Source: Candidatus Poribacteria bacterium (GTDB lineage Bacteria; Poribacteria; WGA-4E; PCPOR2b). From it: a stretch of 64,000 bases of DNA. The stretch is taken from contig OZ220744.1 in NCBI GenBank assembly GCA_965116925.1, positions 2,400,001 to 2,464,000 on the forward strand, written 5' to 3'. The position numbers and the translations under genes are program-made. The notes beneath the pieces were generated by a model. The model was given only the letters and a program-made list of their open reading frames with translations, had not been told where the DNA came from and ran no database searches. This document shows, in pieces, positions 10,165-20,063 of this stretch (its first letter is position 1; each line of letters begins with the position of its first letter).

Positions 10165-11820
10165 CTAATTTTCCTCGGTGATAATGAGCAACTGATTCGC
10201 TTCAACATTTGTGAGCGTTTGTTCTGCGCCGCGGGACCAGGTAATTTTCACTGTTTCCGCTTTCGTTTCTGTCCCTAGTCCAAAAAGGAGCCGCAGGTCG
10301 TGTCCTGAAAGATAGCTTGCCCCGGCTTGGACCTCTCTCATCTGGGAATGGGAGCGGGTCACAACTTCGACACGCGCACCTATACCATCACGGTTGCTTT
10401 TGGTCCCAACGGTTTTTATCATCAGCCAGTTGTGTTTGCTTCCACCTTCGTTGCGGAGCAGCACCCCTTCCTGATTCAGGTTCACGACAAAAATGTCAGT
10501 GTCGCCGTCGTTATCGTAATCGCCAAAGGCGGCACCACGTCCCACCTTTTTGATTGAGAAATACTCACCTGATTGATTGGAGGCATTCACGAAAGTTCCC
10601 TCTCCTGTGTTGATGAAAAGTTGGTCGGTTTGTGCGTATTCGAGCACATCGGATTCTGTTGGATAGAGATGACCGTTGGCGACAAAGAGATCTAATGCTC
10701 CATCGTTGTTCGCATCGAAGAACTTTGTTCCGAAAGCCAATTTCAGGAAGCTGATCTCCCCCAAGCCTGCAATGTTTGTGAAGTCGATTAAGGCACCGTC
10801 TGCGGTGTTATGGTACAGAGTATTTGTCTCGTTGGAAAAGTTAGTGACGAAAATGTCCAAAGCACCATCGTTATTGTAGTCCCCGAAATCGACTCCCATT
10901 CCGCCTTCCGCAACGCCGTGTTCGTTATATGCTGCACCCGCAAAGGGAGCAATATCCACAAAACGTCCCTCACCAATATTGCGGTAGAGAAAATTGGGCG
11001 TTGTGTCGTTGGCGACATAGATATCGATACGTCCATCGTTGTCGTAATCCCCGCAGGTGACACCGAGACCTTTGCCGTCATTGTTATAAATGCCTGCCTG
11101 TCTCGTTACATCGGTAAATGTCCCATCGCCATTGTTTCTGTAAAGGGTATCTGATACACCTTCGTAGACCTGTGGATTAGAATAAATCCGCCGCCCACGG
11201 GGATCATACCAATCCCGATCTTTGGCTATATCATAATCGAGGTAGTTGACGACGTAGAGGTCTAGGTTGCCATCATGGTCGTAGTCCACGAAGGCGCAGC
11301 TGGAACTCCATTTTTCTCCATTTCCCACACCCGCATGAGCGGTCACATCGGTGAATGTGCCATCCCCGTTGTTCCGATACAGAAGATTTTCGCCGAAATT
11401 GGTCACGTATAGATCTGCGTCGCCGTCGTTGTCGTAATCTGCGGCAACGCAGCCCATACCGTAGCCGGTGTCTCCCACACCTGCTGTGGCAGTGACATCG
11501 GTGAACGTGCCATCTCCTGTATTTTGATAGAGGTAGTTCGTGGGTGGCGCAGCTGCTTCAAAGCCGGGCAGCGGTGCACCGTTGACGATGTAAAGGTCTA
11601 AATCGTCGTCATTATCATAATCGAGGAAAGCTGCGCCTGATCCCATAGTTTCCAGATAGAACTTGCGATCGCTAGCACCATTGACGTGCTTGAAGGTGAT
11701 TCCTGCCTGTTTAGTGGCATCAACGAATTGGACTGCCATTTGTGCGTGACAAGGGACAATCAGAAGGTTAAGTATCAGGAGAAACCAATTTCTTAGCTTT
11801 CGTTGCATTCGTCTATCCAT
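10165..11820 (-). CDS. CRTAC1-like FG-GAP/VCBS repeat protein with C-terminal ASPIC/UnbV domain, secreted
   Basis: Repeated DYDNDGxxDLYV...YRNNGDGTFTDVT; SNRDGIGARV...LLFGLG; signal peptide. Confidence 0.9.
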   Translation of the reverse strand: MDRRMQRKLRNWFLLILNLLIVPCHAQMAVQFVDATKQAGITFKHVNGASDRKFYLETMGSGAAFLDYDNDDDLDLYIVNGAPLPGFEAAAPPTNYLYQNTGDGTFTDVTATAGVGDTGYGMGCVAADYDNDGDADLYVTNFGENLLYRNNGDGTFTDVTAHAGVGNGEKWSSSCAFVDYDHDGNLDLYVVNYLDYDIAKDRDWYDPRGRRIYSNPQVYEGVSDTLYRNNGDGTFTDVTRQAGIYNNDGKGLGVTCGDYDNDGRIDIYVANDTTPNFLYRNIGEGRFVDIAPFAGAAYNEHGVAEGGMGVDFGDYNNDGALDIFVTNFSNETNTLYHNTADGALIDFTNIAGLGEISFLKLAFGTKFFDANNDGALDLFVANGHLYPTESDVLEYAQTDQLFINTGEGTFVNASNQSGEYFSIKKVGRGAAFGDYDNDGDTDIFVVNLNQEGVLLRNEGGSKHNWLMIKTVGTKSNRDGIGARVEVVTRSHSQMREVQAGASYLSGHDLRLLFGLGTETKAETVKITWSRGAEQTLTNVEANQLLIITEEN

Positions 11821-11824
11821 TATT

Positions 11825-14800
11825 TTATTTGGCTCGAAGTTGCCGGGCGATTCTGAATTCTTGGGCGGCTTTTTTGGGTTCGCCCAGTCGTTTATACGTT
11901 TCGCCGAGATTTTCGTGGAACTCTGGGTTGCGTGGATCGAACCGAATAGCAGTGGTAAATGACTCTGTTGCGTCGGAATACCTTCTCTGTAGAAAGTAGC
12001 TCATCCCAAGACTATTATGTGCCTTCGGTTCATTGGGCGCGAGGCGGACGGCGGTTTCGCAAACACGCTGCATTTTATCTAGCCGGTTGAGTCTCATATA
12101 GCATACCGCGAGTATATTGTAGGTTTCCCAGTTGTTGGGACTAAGTTTGGTGGATTGCTCTAAGGGTGTAATGGCTTTCTCAAATCTACCGTATTGTACG
12201 TGAACGCGCCCAAGCTGATACCACCGTTCGGGGTTGTCTGGATTCTGTTGAAGGGCAATTTCAAGTTGTGAAACAAGATTCATATAAGGCTTGAGGTTCT
12301 GGTACTTTCTAATCAGTTCGGCACCTTTCTGGACGTTCCCTTGTCTGATATATGTGTTCCCCAGACTGTAGTACGCTCGAATCTGATCTGGATCCAGTTC
12401 GATTGCTCGTTCAAAACAGCTAATCGCATCATCAAAATTGCCCTGTTTCAGATAGACCATGCCGAGGTCATAGTAGGGGTGGTAGGGATAATCTGGGGCG
12501 ACTTTAGGATTCAGTTCGATAGCTTGGCGCAAGGCTTGAATCGCCTCTGGATACTGATTTCGTCTGAAGTAGGCAACGCCGAGCATCTGGTGTGGTGTGG
12601 GATTTTTGGGATCTAGCTTGATTGCGGTTTGGAGGGATTCGATTGCCGCTGCCGTTTTAGCAAGGTAAAGCAGATAGATCCGTCCAAGGAGACGGTGCGC
12701 TTCCGCACGGTTGGGGTCGATTTGAATGGCTTTTTTGAGCGATTCCACAGCGAGTAGATAATTCTGGTTTTTACTTAAATCTAGCCCGCGATTGTAATGT
12801 TCCACAAAGGCAGAGAGGTCGCTGTCTTCCGAAGCACGCTGTACTGTTTGTGTCGAATGCACCTCGTGATGCGTCTGAGGCACTTCAGATCCCTTGTCCT
12901 CTATCTGAGTTTTTGAGCCCAATTTTAATTTTTTGAGTTCGATAGTTGTGTATTGCGTTTCATCTTCGGTGATCTGAATGAAGTGATCGAGGGGCACGTC
13001 ATGGAACTTTTGTGTGAGTCCGGTGGTGTGCCAGAAAATCTCAAGTTTCTCGACTTTTTCCGCCTGACCTAAGCCGATTGTCTGTCGGAGCGGATTGGCA
13101 CCGAAGCTGCCCCCACTGTTGGCATACTTGTAAATCGAACGTCGTTCCCCGTTTTCGATGACCTCAGCATGGATACGCGCCCCGATTGCTGACCGGTTGG
13201 AATCCACACCGACGAGCTTAATCGTGAGAAAATGGTTTCCAAAGCCGGGGTTTTCATACAGGACGTTGCTATACCCATCGCCCGGAAAGGCACCACCCAT
13301 CTGCTCGAAGATGTCTTGGTCGCCATCGTTGTCGAGGTCAGCGAAGACGATAGCGTGTCCCTTCTGCAGATGCCCAAACCCGCCAGCGTAGGTTACGTCC
13401 ACGAAGCCTATGCCCTGCCGATTGCGATACATGACGCTTGGCATTAGGTTTTTATAGTCCGGATATCCGGTGCCGAGATAGAAATCGAGATAGCCATCGT
13501 TGTCGAGGTCGCCGAAGTTTGAACCCATAGGCGCGTTGGGTCGTACGAGATTGTGTTGGTGTGCAACTTGGTTGAAACCACCCTGCCCATCTCCACGATA
13601 CAGATGTGGTAATCCACCTTCATTGAGATCGGGACGGTTATGATATGTTGTCCTCGATTCTGTCTCTGCCGCAGAAGGTGGGGCACCTATGGAGATGCCG
13701 AGGGCGTTTGCTGCGAGATGTGAGATACCAGCGGAATAGGCGGACACATACAGATCCAATGCCCCATCGTTGTCGAAGTCCCAAAACCAAGCGGGGAAGC
13801 TGCGTATCGGCAGGTCAATATTGAGTTGCTTCGCCACATCGGTGAAAGTACCGTCCCCGTTATTGCGAAAGAGGTGGTTGACACCTTTGAAATTGGACAC
13901 ATATAGGTCGAGTAACCGATCTCCATTGTAATCGCCCCAGATCACTGACTTGGTAAAACCGTAGTTTTGCACACCGGCTTCCGCAGCTACATCGGTGAAC
14001 GTGCTATCCCCGTTGTTGCGGAATAGCTGACATGGGGCGTTGAACGTTTCGGTAGACTCATTTCCGATGTATAGATCGAGATCGCCGTCGTTATCGTAGT
14101 CGCCCCAAGATGCTGTCTGAGTGGGATAATGCACCTTGCCTAAACCTGCGTCGAAGGTTACATCGGTGAACGTGCCGTCTCCATTATTACGCAGCAAGGA
14201 GTTTGGGTGTTGCCCCGCAGCTTCCAACCAAGCACCTCGCAATACAAGGATATCGACATTGTTGTCGTTGTCGTAGTCCGCTTGGAGGAGGTTCAATCCG
14301 CCGTACAGACCTAGAAGCCCTGCCTGTTCGGTTCGTTCTGAGAAGGTGCCATCCCGGTTGTTCTGAAAAAAGCGGATTTGTCCGGCGGGATCCCACGTGG
14401 AAACGACGAGATCTAGGTAGTTATCGTTGTCGAAGTCATCAACGATCGCACCACCGGATAGATCAAATGTGTCAAGTCCCAGATGTGGTGCAATGTTAGT
14501 GAAACGCGGCATTTCTTCTGAGGATTGAAATGCCTCTGGGGGCAGGAGGTATCGCTTGGGAACCTGCTCTGGATAGCGGCCGATCGTCATGTAAGCGATG
14601 TTGAGCAGCCATCTCGCCTCCAGATGGAGCGGCAATTCAACCGTTGTATTTCGCAGCACTTCTGTGAGGTAGGTTATCGCCTGTATTGACCCCTCTTGTT
14701 GGGTGTGAATCCCACCATCTCGTAACGGCAGAATGCAGCTGTCAGGGTTGCTCGCAGTTCCGATTTCGCTGGGGCAGCAATTCTGTGTTTCGCCCTTTCG

Positions 14801-15304
14801 CATATATGCGACACCGAGGCGAAAGAGGGTTTGATTCGCCATCAATGGGGAGAGTTGTCCCCTCAATCGAGGCAGCAGTTTTCCTGCTTGTGTGAGTTGA
14901 TCTATTGCTGCCTCTTCATTACCGAGCCGAAGTTCTGCCTCACCGAGTTCTGTATGGAGACGCCATCGGTTAAGGTTTGAAGCCTCGACGGGTAAGTTGG
15001 CGAGATGTCTACGCAGCTGGCGTGCTAGTCCCTCGCCTAGGTAATTGTTTGTTTCGGCAGTTTGATCAGCGATACCCTTGAGAAGGGTGAGCATCTTTTG
15101 ATGGCTTGCGGTCGGCGTATCGGTATCGGAGGAAACATTCCCCGTTATGACGATGGCTGTTCCTATAACGATCAAGCCAAGCACGACGTAGGGGAAACGC
15201 CTGAAATACGTTTTGATTAATGATTGCTGCACAACTTGATCTTTCAAATTGAAGTCCGCAAGATAGTGTACTGGGTTGTTAAAATTTCGCTTGATAATTG
15301 GCAT
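11825..15304 (-). CDS. TPR + FG-GAP/VCBS + ASPIC/UnbV + TPR multidomain protein
   Basis: N-terminal hydrophobic segment and TPR-like helices; DxDNDG repeats; SNRSAIGARI...IGLG; long C-terminal TPR array; start codon uncertain. Confidence 0.85.
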   Translation of the reverse strand: MPIIKRNFNNPVHYLADFNLKDQVVQQSLIKTYFRRFPYVVLGLIVIGTAIVITGNVSSDTDTPTASHQKMLTLLKGIADQTAETNNYLGEGLARQLRRHLANLPVEASNLNRWRLHTELGEAELRLGNEEAAIDQLTQAGKLLPRLRGQLSPLMANQTLFRLGVAYMRKGETQNCCPSEIGTASNPDSCILPLRDGGIHTQQEGSIQAITYLTEVLRNTTVELPLHLEARWLLNIAYMTIGRYPEQVPKRYLLPPEAFQSSEEMPRFTNIAPHLGLDTFDLSGGAIVDDFDNDNYLDLVVSTWDPAGQIRFFQNNRDGTFSERTEQAGLLGLYGGLNLLQADYDNDNNVDILVLRGAWLEAAGQHPNSLLRNNGDGTFTDVTFDAGLGKVHYPTQTASWGDYDNDGDLDLYIGNESTETFNAPCQLFRNNGDSTFTDVAAEAGVQNYGFTKSVIWGDYNGDRLLDLYVSNFKGVNHLFRNNGDGTFTDVAKQLNIDLPIRSFPAWFWDFDNDGALDLYVSAYSAGISHLAANALGISIGAPPSAAETESRTTYHNRPDLNEGGLPHLYRGDGQGGFNQVAHQHNLVRPNAPMGSNFGDLDNDGYLDFYLGTGYPDYKNLMPSVMYRNRQGIGFVDVTYAGGFGHLQKGHAIVFADLDNDGDQDIFEQMGGAFPGDGYSNVLYENPGFGNHFLTIKLVGVDSNRSAIGARIHAEVIENGERRSIYKYANSGGSFGANPLRQTIGLGQAEKVEKLEIFWHTTGLTQKFHDVPLDHFIQITEDETQYTTIELKKLKLGSKTQIEDKGSEVPQTHHEVHSTQTVQRASEDSDLSAFVEHYNRGLDLSKNQNYLLAVESLKKAIQIDPNRAEAHRLLGRIYLLYLAKTAAAIESLQTAIKLDPKNPTPHQMLGVAYFRRNQYPEAIQALRQAIELNPKVAPDYPYHPYYDLGMVYLKQGNFDDAISCFERAIELDPDQIRAYYSLGNTYIRQGNVQKGAELIRKYQNLKPYMNLVSQLEIALQQNPDNPERWYQLGRVHVQYGRFEKAITPLEQSTKLSPNNWETYNILAVCYMRLNRLDKMQRVCETAVRLAPNEPKAHNSLGMSYFLQRRYSDATESFTTAIRFDPRNPEFHENLGETYKRLGEPKKAAQEFRIARQLRAK

Positions 15305-15381
15305 TGGTGGTGCTACCCTAAAAGCGTGGTGAACTGCAACTTTCAGTCTACAATCGAGGTCGGCTTACAGAGGAGTTAATT

Positions 15382-16134
15382 TTGGAAAATATTAAAACGT
15401 CCAGACATTCGGATGAGGCTCGTGATCTGGATGCGCTTGTAGATCAGTTAGATCCCAACAGCGTCCCCCAAATTCGTTGGGTCTATCGTGCTGCCCGACG
15501 TATCAACAGGGGGGGGCAGAAGCTCGGTATCTTCTCTGGGTCTTTCAACCCGCTCACCGTTGCCCACATCAAAATGATCGAGGCAGCACAGAAAAAATAC
15601 GATCTGGACGAGATTTTGCTAATTTTGGCAAGGGCGAATGTTGACAAGGGTGTGTTCGGTCTCTCTCTTGCCGATCGTTTGTTGATGCTGAAAGAATACA
15701 CCGTGAACCGTGAGGATTTTTCTGTTGCCGCTTGCAGCCACGGTAAATTCATTGAGAAGGTTGAAGCGTTAAAATCTGCGTATCCCCCCGGCTCACACTT
15801 TTCGTTTATTGTTGGCTACGATACGTTCATTCGCCTGTTCGACCCGAAATATTATACCGATTTGCACAGCGCATTGGAAGCCCTTTTCGATCAATGTCGC
15901 TTCATCGTTGCGAACCGCCAAGACTATGATGCGGAGGCAGTGAAACAGGTGATGGAATCGCCGGACTACCGTCGTTACTCAAGCGGAATTGATCTGATCG
16001 AGTTGCCAGATTTTTATGCGGAGATTTCTTCGACGGATATCCGAGCGCAGATTCAGGCGGGAAATTCGGTGGATCACCTTGTGCCATCGGAAGTGCAGGG
16101 ATTCCTCAAGGCAGTTCAGGCTTATCAGGCTTGA
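15382..16134 (+). CDS. Nucleotidyltransferase, NadD-like (nicotinate/nicotinamide mononucleotide adenylyltransferase family)
   Basis: GSFNPLTVAH (HxGH-like), FIVGYD, ISSTDIR. Confidence 0.75.
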   Translation: MENIKTSRHSDEARDLDALVDQLDPNSVPQIRWVYRAARRINRGGQKLGIFSGSFNPLTVAHIKMIEAAQKKYDLDEILLILARANVDKGVFGLSLADRLLMLKEYTVNREDFSVAACSHGKFIEKVEALKSAYPPGSHFSFIVGYDTFIRLFDPKYYTDLHSALEALFDQCRFIVANRQDYDAEAVKQVMESPDYRRYSSGIDLIELPDFYAEISSTDIRAQIQAGNSVDHLVPSEVQGFLKAVQAYQA

Positions 16135-16721
16135 ACGCTGATTGGGACGGGGGTTGTCCACTCATAATGAATGACGACCCGGTTGGTCCTTGGACAGATG
16201 TAAACTTGTTGATCTAGATGGTCACAGTGCAGACATGTGCGGGCCCAACTCCTTGACTGCATTGGTAAAAAAAACTCGCATTTTGTGGCAATCTGTTTCA
16301 TCTGCTCGTGATTTGCCGCGGTCAGATAGAACGCCTCAACTGACTCGCCTACGAGGTTGATTACGCGATCTGTCCGTCCTTCTCCTTGCCATATCTCGTT
16401 AATCAGTTCTTCCAAAATAGCGCGATAGGTCTGTTCTCCACTTGGCTCTGGTGAATGGAGGGTGATATCGTTTTCTAGGCTATATTGTATCAGGTGTTTT
16501 AATTTGCTCTCCTCCTTACGATATTCTGCTCTCATTTCAGCCATAAAGTTTTTACGAAATTCTTCCCAACCAATTTCTCTAGATCTCCACTGTGTAAGCA
16601 ACTCCTTTGATGGTGCCAATTCTGTGATATTCTGCATGGCGGGAATTTTTTCGTAACAGATCGCGTATTTTTTGTCCGTTTTGCTGGCTGCGGCGTTTTC
16701 TACTGAGTTTAAGTATAGCAT
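16125..16721 (-). CDS. DUF488/YeaO-like protein with C-terminal four-Cys extension
   Basis: ELAPSKELL...WEEFRKNFMAEM resembles DUF488; tail C-x14-C-x2-C-x9-C. Confidence 0.6.
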   Translation of the reverse strand: MLYLNSVENAAASKTDKKYAICYEKIPAMQNITELAPSKELLTQWRSREIGWEEFRKNFMAEMRAEYRKEESKLKHLIQYSLENDITLHSPEPSGEQTYRAILEELINEIWQGEGRTDRVINLVGESVEAFYLTAANHEQMKQIATKCEFFLPMQSRSWARTCLHCDHLDQQVYICPRTNRVVIHYEWTTPVPISVQA

Positions 16722-16750
16722 GATTTTACCTCTTTTCTGTTAAAGATTAT

Positions 16751-16873
16751 CACTCATGTTAAGATTTAGTGCAAAGAAACCGAGTTTTCACCCCCTCTAA
16801 TCCCCTCGCAAGCGGGGAGAGAGAAGAACGCGCAATGAATTGCGCTACTACAAACTGAAGTGCGTAACTCCTA
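16751..16873. repeat. Composite repeat cluster (left half of MITE A, two hairpins, TGCGTAASTCCTA-type end)
   Basis: CTCATGTTAAGATTTAGTGCAAAGAAACCGAG matches family A; then TCCCCTCGCAAGCGGGGA, GCGCAATGAATTGCGCTACTAC and TGCGTAACTCCTA (compare TGCGTAAGTCCTA at 42444-42456). Confidence 0.65.
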
Positions 16874-17101
16874 TTGTGTAAAGACAGTGCACCTATTTTA
16901 TCCTGGTGCAACGAAAGTTTATTTTCCGAATCCACTTTAAGAACGGCAAGATCGCTAATCTTGATACAAAAACTGTGAAGATTGCCTATTGTTACTATGA
17001 GCAGGATTCGGTTGCGGGGTGATGGACACCTCACTTTCGATATTGACAATTTGGTTCATTGGTTTATTTTGGTTGGCATTACATTTGCGTGGAGGAATAC
17101 A

Positions 17102-18085
17102 ATGACACGAACAGGTACGCAGGTTGTTGTTAGACCGGACAATAGCGTAGGAACAAAGGCGACTGAGATTCGTTCGCCAGGAAGCGGTGAGGTGCTTGTC
17201 GAGACGGCGTGTACACTGATTAGCGCGGGTACTGAACTCGGCACACAAGAGCAGGGACGGACAGACGATTTTACCCCCGGCTACTCAAACACCGGCCGTA
17301 TTATTGAAATTGGTGAAGGGGTGGAAGGCTACGAAATCGGGGAGCGTGTGTTGTCGCTGGGACGACACGCTAGTCATGTAACTGTGTCGGCTGCACCACA
17401 ATCGTTGGCGAAACTGCCGGATAGTGTGTCTTTCGATGAGGGCACCTTCGGTGTGCTGGGAAGTGTTTCAATGCACGGGGTCCGAAAAGCGCGGATTGAG
17501 TTGGGTGAGTTCGCCTGCATTACAGGGATGGGACTCGTTGGACAGTTGGCGTTGCAGCTTGCAGCGCAAACGGGTGCGGAGTTGCTCTTCGCAATTGATC
17601 TGAGTGAGCCGCGATTAGGGGTGGCAAGAGATTCGGGGGCGACGCATGCCCTGAATCCGAAGCAATGTGATCTTCGCTCCGAGGTTGGTAGCATCACCGA
17701 AGGACGTGGATTGGACGTGACCATTGAAGCGTCCGGTTATCCGGAGCTGCTGCCGATTGCGTTTGACATGGCGCGCATTGGTGGGCGAATTATGGCGTTG
17801 GGATCAATCTGGCACCGAAAGGTTGAGGTAGATTTTATGGATTTTCACCTGAAGGAACTGACCTTAGTTGGGTGTCATCAGCCGAAATGCCCGACGGTTG
17901 CGACGCCTGCGTTTCCTTGGACACAACAGTATAACCGGCGTCAGATTTTGAAGATGATTGAGCGCGGTGAACTCAACGTAGATCGTTTAATCACGCACCG
18001 ATTGCCTTATACGGAAGCAGGTGAAGCTTACCGGCTGCTGCGTGATGAGCGGGATAAATCGTTGGGGGTCGTGTTGACTTGGTAG
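17102..18085 (+). CDS. MDR superfamily (zinc-binding alcohol dehydrogenase-like) oxidoreductase
   Basis: ISAGTE, PGYSNTG, GMGLVG, LITHR; GGAGG RBS before ATG 17102. Confidence 0.85.
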   Translation: MTRTGTQVVVRPDNSVGTKATEIRSPGSGEVLVETACTLISAGTELGTQEQGRTDDFTPGYSNTGRIIEIGEGVEGYEIGERVLSLGRHASHVTVSAAPQSLAKLPDSVSFDEGTFGVLGSVSMHGVRKARIELGEFACITGMGLVGQLALQLAAQTGAELLFAIDLSEPRLGVARDSGATHALNPKQCDLRSEVGSITEGRGLDVTIEASGYPELLPIAFDMARIGGRIMALGSIWHRKVEVDFMDFHLKELTLVGCHQPKCPTVATPAFPWTQQYNRRQILKMIERGELNVDRLITHRLPYTEAGEAYRLLRDERDKSLGVVLTW

Positions 18086-18103
18086 TGAAACGAAAAGAAT
18101 AAT

Positions 18104-18155
18104 TACGTAATGCGTAATGCGTAAAATGGTTTCCTTACGTATTACGTATTACATA
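18104..18155. repeat. Inverted heptamer arrays forming a long hairpin (possible terminator or mRNA stabiliser)
   Basis: TACGTAA TGCGTAA TGCGTAA ... TTACGTA TTACGTA TTACATA. Confidence 0.65.
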
Positions 18156-18199
18156 GCCTTTGTGCTTGATTTAAGCCTAACCATTCGGAGGATCGCAGT

Positions 18200-19684
18200 A
18201 TGGAACACACAAATATCACGGCGCGAGAAATTCGATTATTTGCGATACTCGCGCTCGTAGCAGGGATCATTTTTGACTACCTGTTTTTTGGAAAGGCAAT
18301 CGGGGTTTCATATCCGTTGTTTGTGGCTGTTTTCTACTGCGTATTCTGGGTTGCTTCACACAAACGGGTTTCGTTCCAAATTGACTTTGGTTGGTTTCTG
18401 TTTATCCCTATTTTATTGCTCTCGGCTGCGTTTGCCCTCCATTCAAACCCGGTGTTGCTTGCTCGCAATTTTGTCCTGATTCCACTGCTCCTGTTTGTTC
18501 AGACGACGCTGCTTGTCTATGGATATGAGTGGTCTAGCGTGCGATGCGTCGGCCGTTTTATAGGAAGATTGCTCAGTCGATTTTTTGACAATGCGCCAAA
18601 GGTATTCTTGGAGGTAATCTCGCTAGCAAAAGTCGCGTACAGAATGGCACCTGAAAAGCGTAAGACTCTCAAAAATATCCTCATTGGCTTGATAATTTCT
18701 GCGCCTCTCTTACTTATTGTAATTGCATTGCTCGCGGAGGCAGATACAGTTTTTCAGAACGTTATCGCTGATATTTTCAAGTCTTTGGAATTTATTGATT
18801 CCATTCCTTTCGCCGAGCATGTGGGAGTTATTGGGATTATCACAGTGTTGCTGTTTGGTTATTTGGCGGTTGTACTAAGGGCAGAGGTGGAGGGGGTGCC
18901 CGCACCGGCGGAGAGAGGTATAGGGGGCTGGGACGCTACGATCGTTGTTACGGTTTTGGTGATGGTGAACGCTGTTTACATTCTCTTCTGTGGGATTCAG
19001 TTTACATACCTTTTTGGGGGTGAGGAAGTGATTCGCTCTATCCCTAATTACACTTACGCAGAATACGCGAGACGGGGTTTTTCCGAGCTAATTGTTGTTA
19101 CCGTTATTAACCTAAGTATTTTACTGATAGGTCTGCGCGTCACCAAAAATGATGGAAAGTTAGATCGTTTAGTTCTTGTGCTACGCTGTCTGCTCGTACT
19201 TTGCACCGTGATTATGCTCTATTCCGCACACTTGCGATTGAAGTTGTATGAGGAGGCGTACGGCTACACCTACGCACGGATTTTTGCCCACACATTTATT
19301 GCTCTGCTTTTTGTGCTGTTTATGCTTACCCTTTACAAGTTCTGGCGGAGGGACTTCCCTTTGCTCAAAGCGTTTGCTATCGCGGCGTTGCTTACCTATA
19401 CCACCCTGAATTACCTCAACATTGACGCAGTTATTGCACGGAAAAACGTCGATAGGTACTTTACGACTGGTAAGATGGATCTTGACTATTTGCAGGAGTT
19501 GTCCTACGATGCGATACCGGAATTGAGGCGTTTGAGTGCTGCGGACAGTGGAGATGTGGATAAAAAGAAAGTGGAAGCATTTCTTCGGGATAAACAGACG
19601 CAGTTGGGGTCGCGAAGCCATTGGCAATCCTACAATCTCTCGAAGGCGAAGGCAAAACGGATTTTGTCTGAAATTCAGCAGTGA
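18200..19684 (+). CDS. DUF4153/DUF4173-like multi-pass membrane protein
   Basis: Many TM helices; QFTYLFGG, TYAEYARRGFSEL, RLKLYEEAYGYTYARI, LSYDAIP. Confidence 0.85.
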   Translation: MEHTNITAREIRLFAILALVAGIIFDYLFFGKAIGVSYPLFVAVFYCVFWVASHKRVSFQIDFGWFLFIPILLLSAAFALHSNPVLLARNFVLIPLLLFVQTTLLVYGYEWSSVRCVGRFIGRLLSRFFDNAPKVFLEVISLAKVAYRMAPEKRKTLKNILIGLIISAPLLLIVIALLAEADTVFQNVIADIFKSLEFIDSIPFAEHVGVIGIITVLLFGYLAVVLRAEVEGVPAPAERGIGGWDATIVVTVLVMVNAVYILFCGIQFTYLFGGEEVIRSIPNYTYAEYARRGFSELIVVTVINLSILLIGLRVTKNDGKLDRLVLVLRCLLVLCTVIMLYSAHLRLKLYEEAYGYTYARIFAHTFIALLFVLFMLTLYKFWRRDFPLLKAFAIAALLTYTTLNYLNIDAVIARKNVDRYFTTGKMDLDYLQELSYDAIPELRRLSAADSGDVDKKKVEAFLRDKQTQLGSRSHWQSYNLSKAKAKRILSEIQQ

Positions 19685-19765
19685 TCTTTATAGGCAAGTT
19701 ACCACCTAAAATTAACCGCAGAGACGCAGAGAACACAGAGAATAAGAAAATGGGTAAAACATCTT

Positions 19766-19850
19766 GGCTCATGCTAAGAAATCGTAGAAACCGAGTTTTT
19801 TTCAAAACTTGGTTTCTCTTTATACTTTGCACTTTCTTTTTGTATGCCCC
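19766..19850. mobile_element. MITE family A, degenerate copy
   Basis: GGCTCATGCTAAGAAA...AGAAACCGAG...TTGGTTTCT...TTTGCACTTTCTTTTTGTATGCCCC; no clean target duplication. Confidence 0.7.
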
Positions 19851-20063
19851 TCAACCTTCGTCGCTGGTGAAGCCGTGTGCCTTACCGTAGCGGGGCAGCC
19901 AGTAGTCAAACCAAGTGGCTTCGCATCGTTCATCGCAGAATTTTAGGGATTTGCCATCGTATTCTACGCGCCATAAACGTCTGATCAACATCTTTCCACA
20001 GAGGTCGCAGTGGTGGATTTGTGTGGCGTATAGCGCATCGGAAATTGGTTCCCACTGAGCCAT
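19851..20063 (-). CDS. Small TRASH/YHS-like metal-binding protein (70 aa)
   Basis: C-x2-C-x20-C-x3-C (CDLC...FCDERC); ATG overlaps the upstream TGA (TGATG) with a GGAGG RBS. Confidence 0.75.
   Translation of the reverse strand: MAQWEPISDALYATQIHHCDLCGKMLIRRLWRVEYDGKSLKFCDERCEATWFDYWLPRYGKAHGFTSDEG

Noticed and set aside
17074..17088. TGGCAT-N5-TTGC sigma-54-like box
   Set aside because: The implied start (~17100) falls downstream of the clear GGAGG RBS at 17091-17095; likely coincidental unless the mRNA is leaderless
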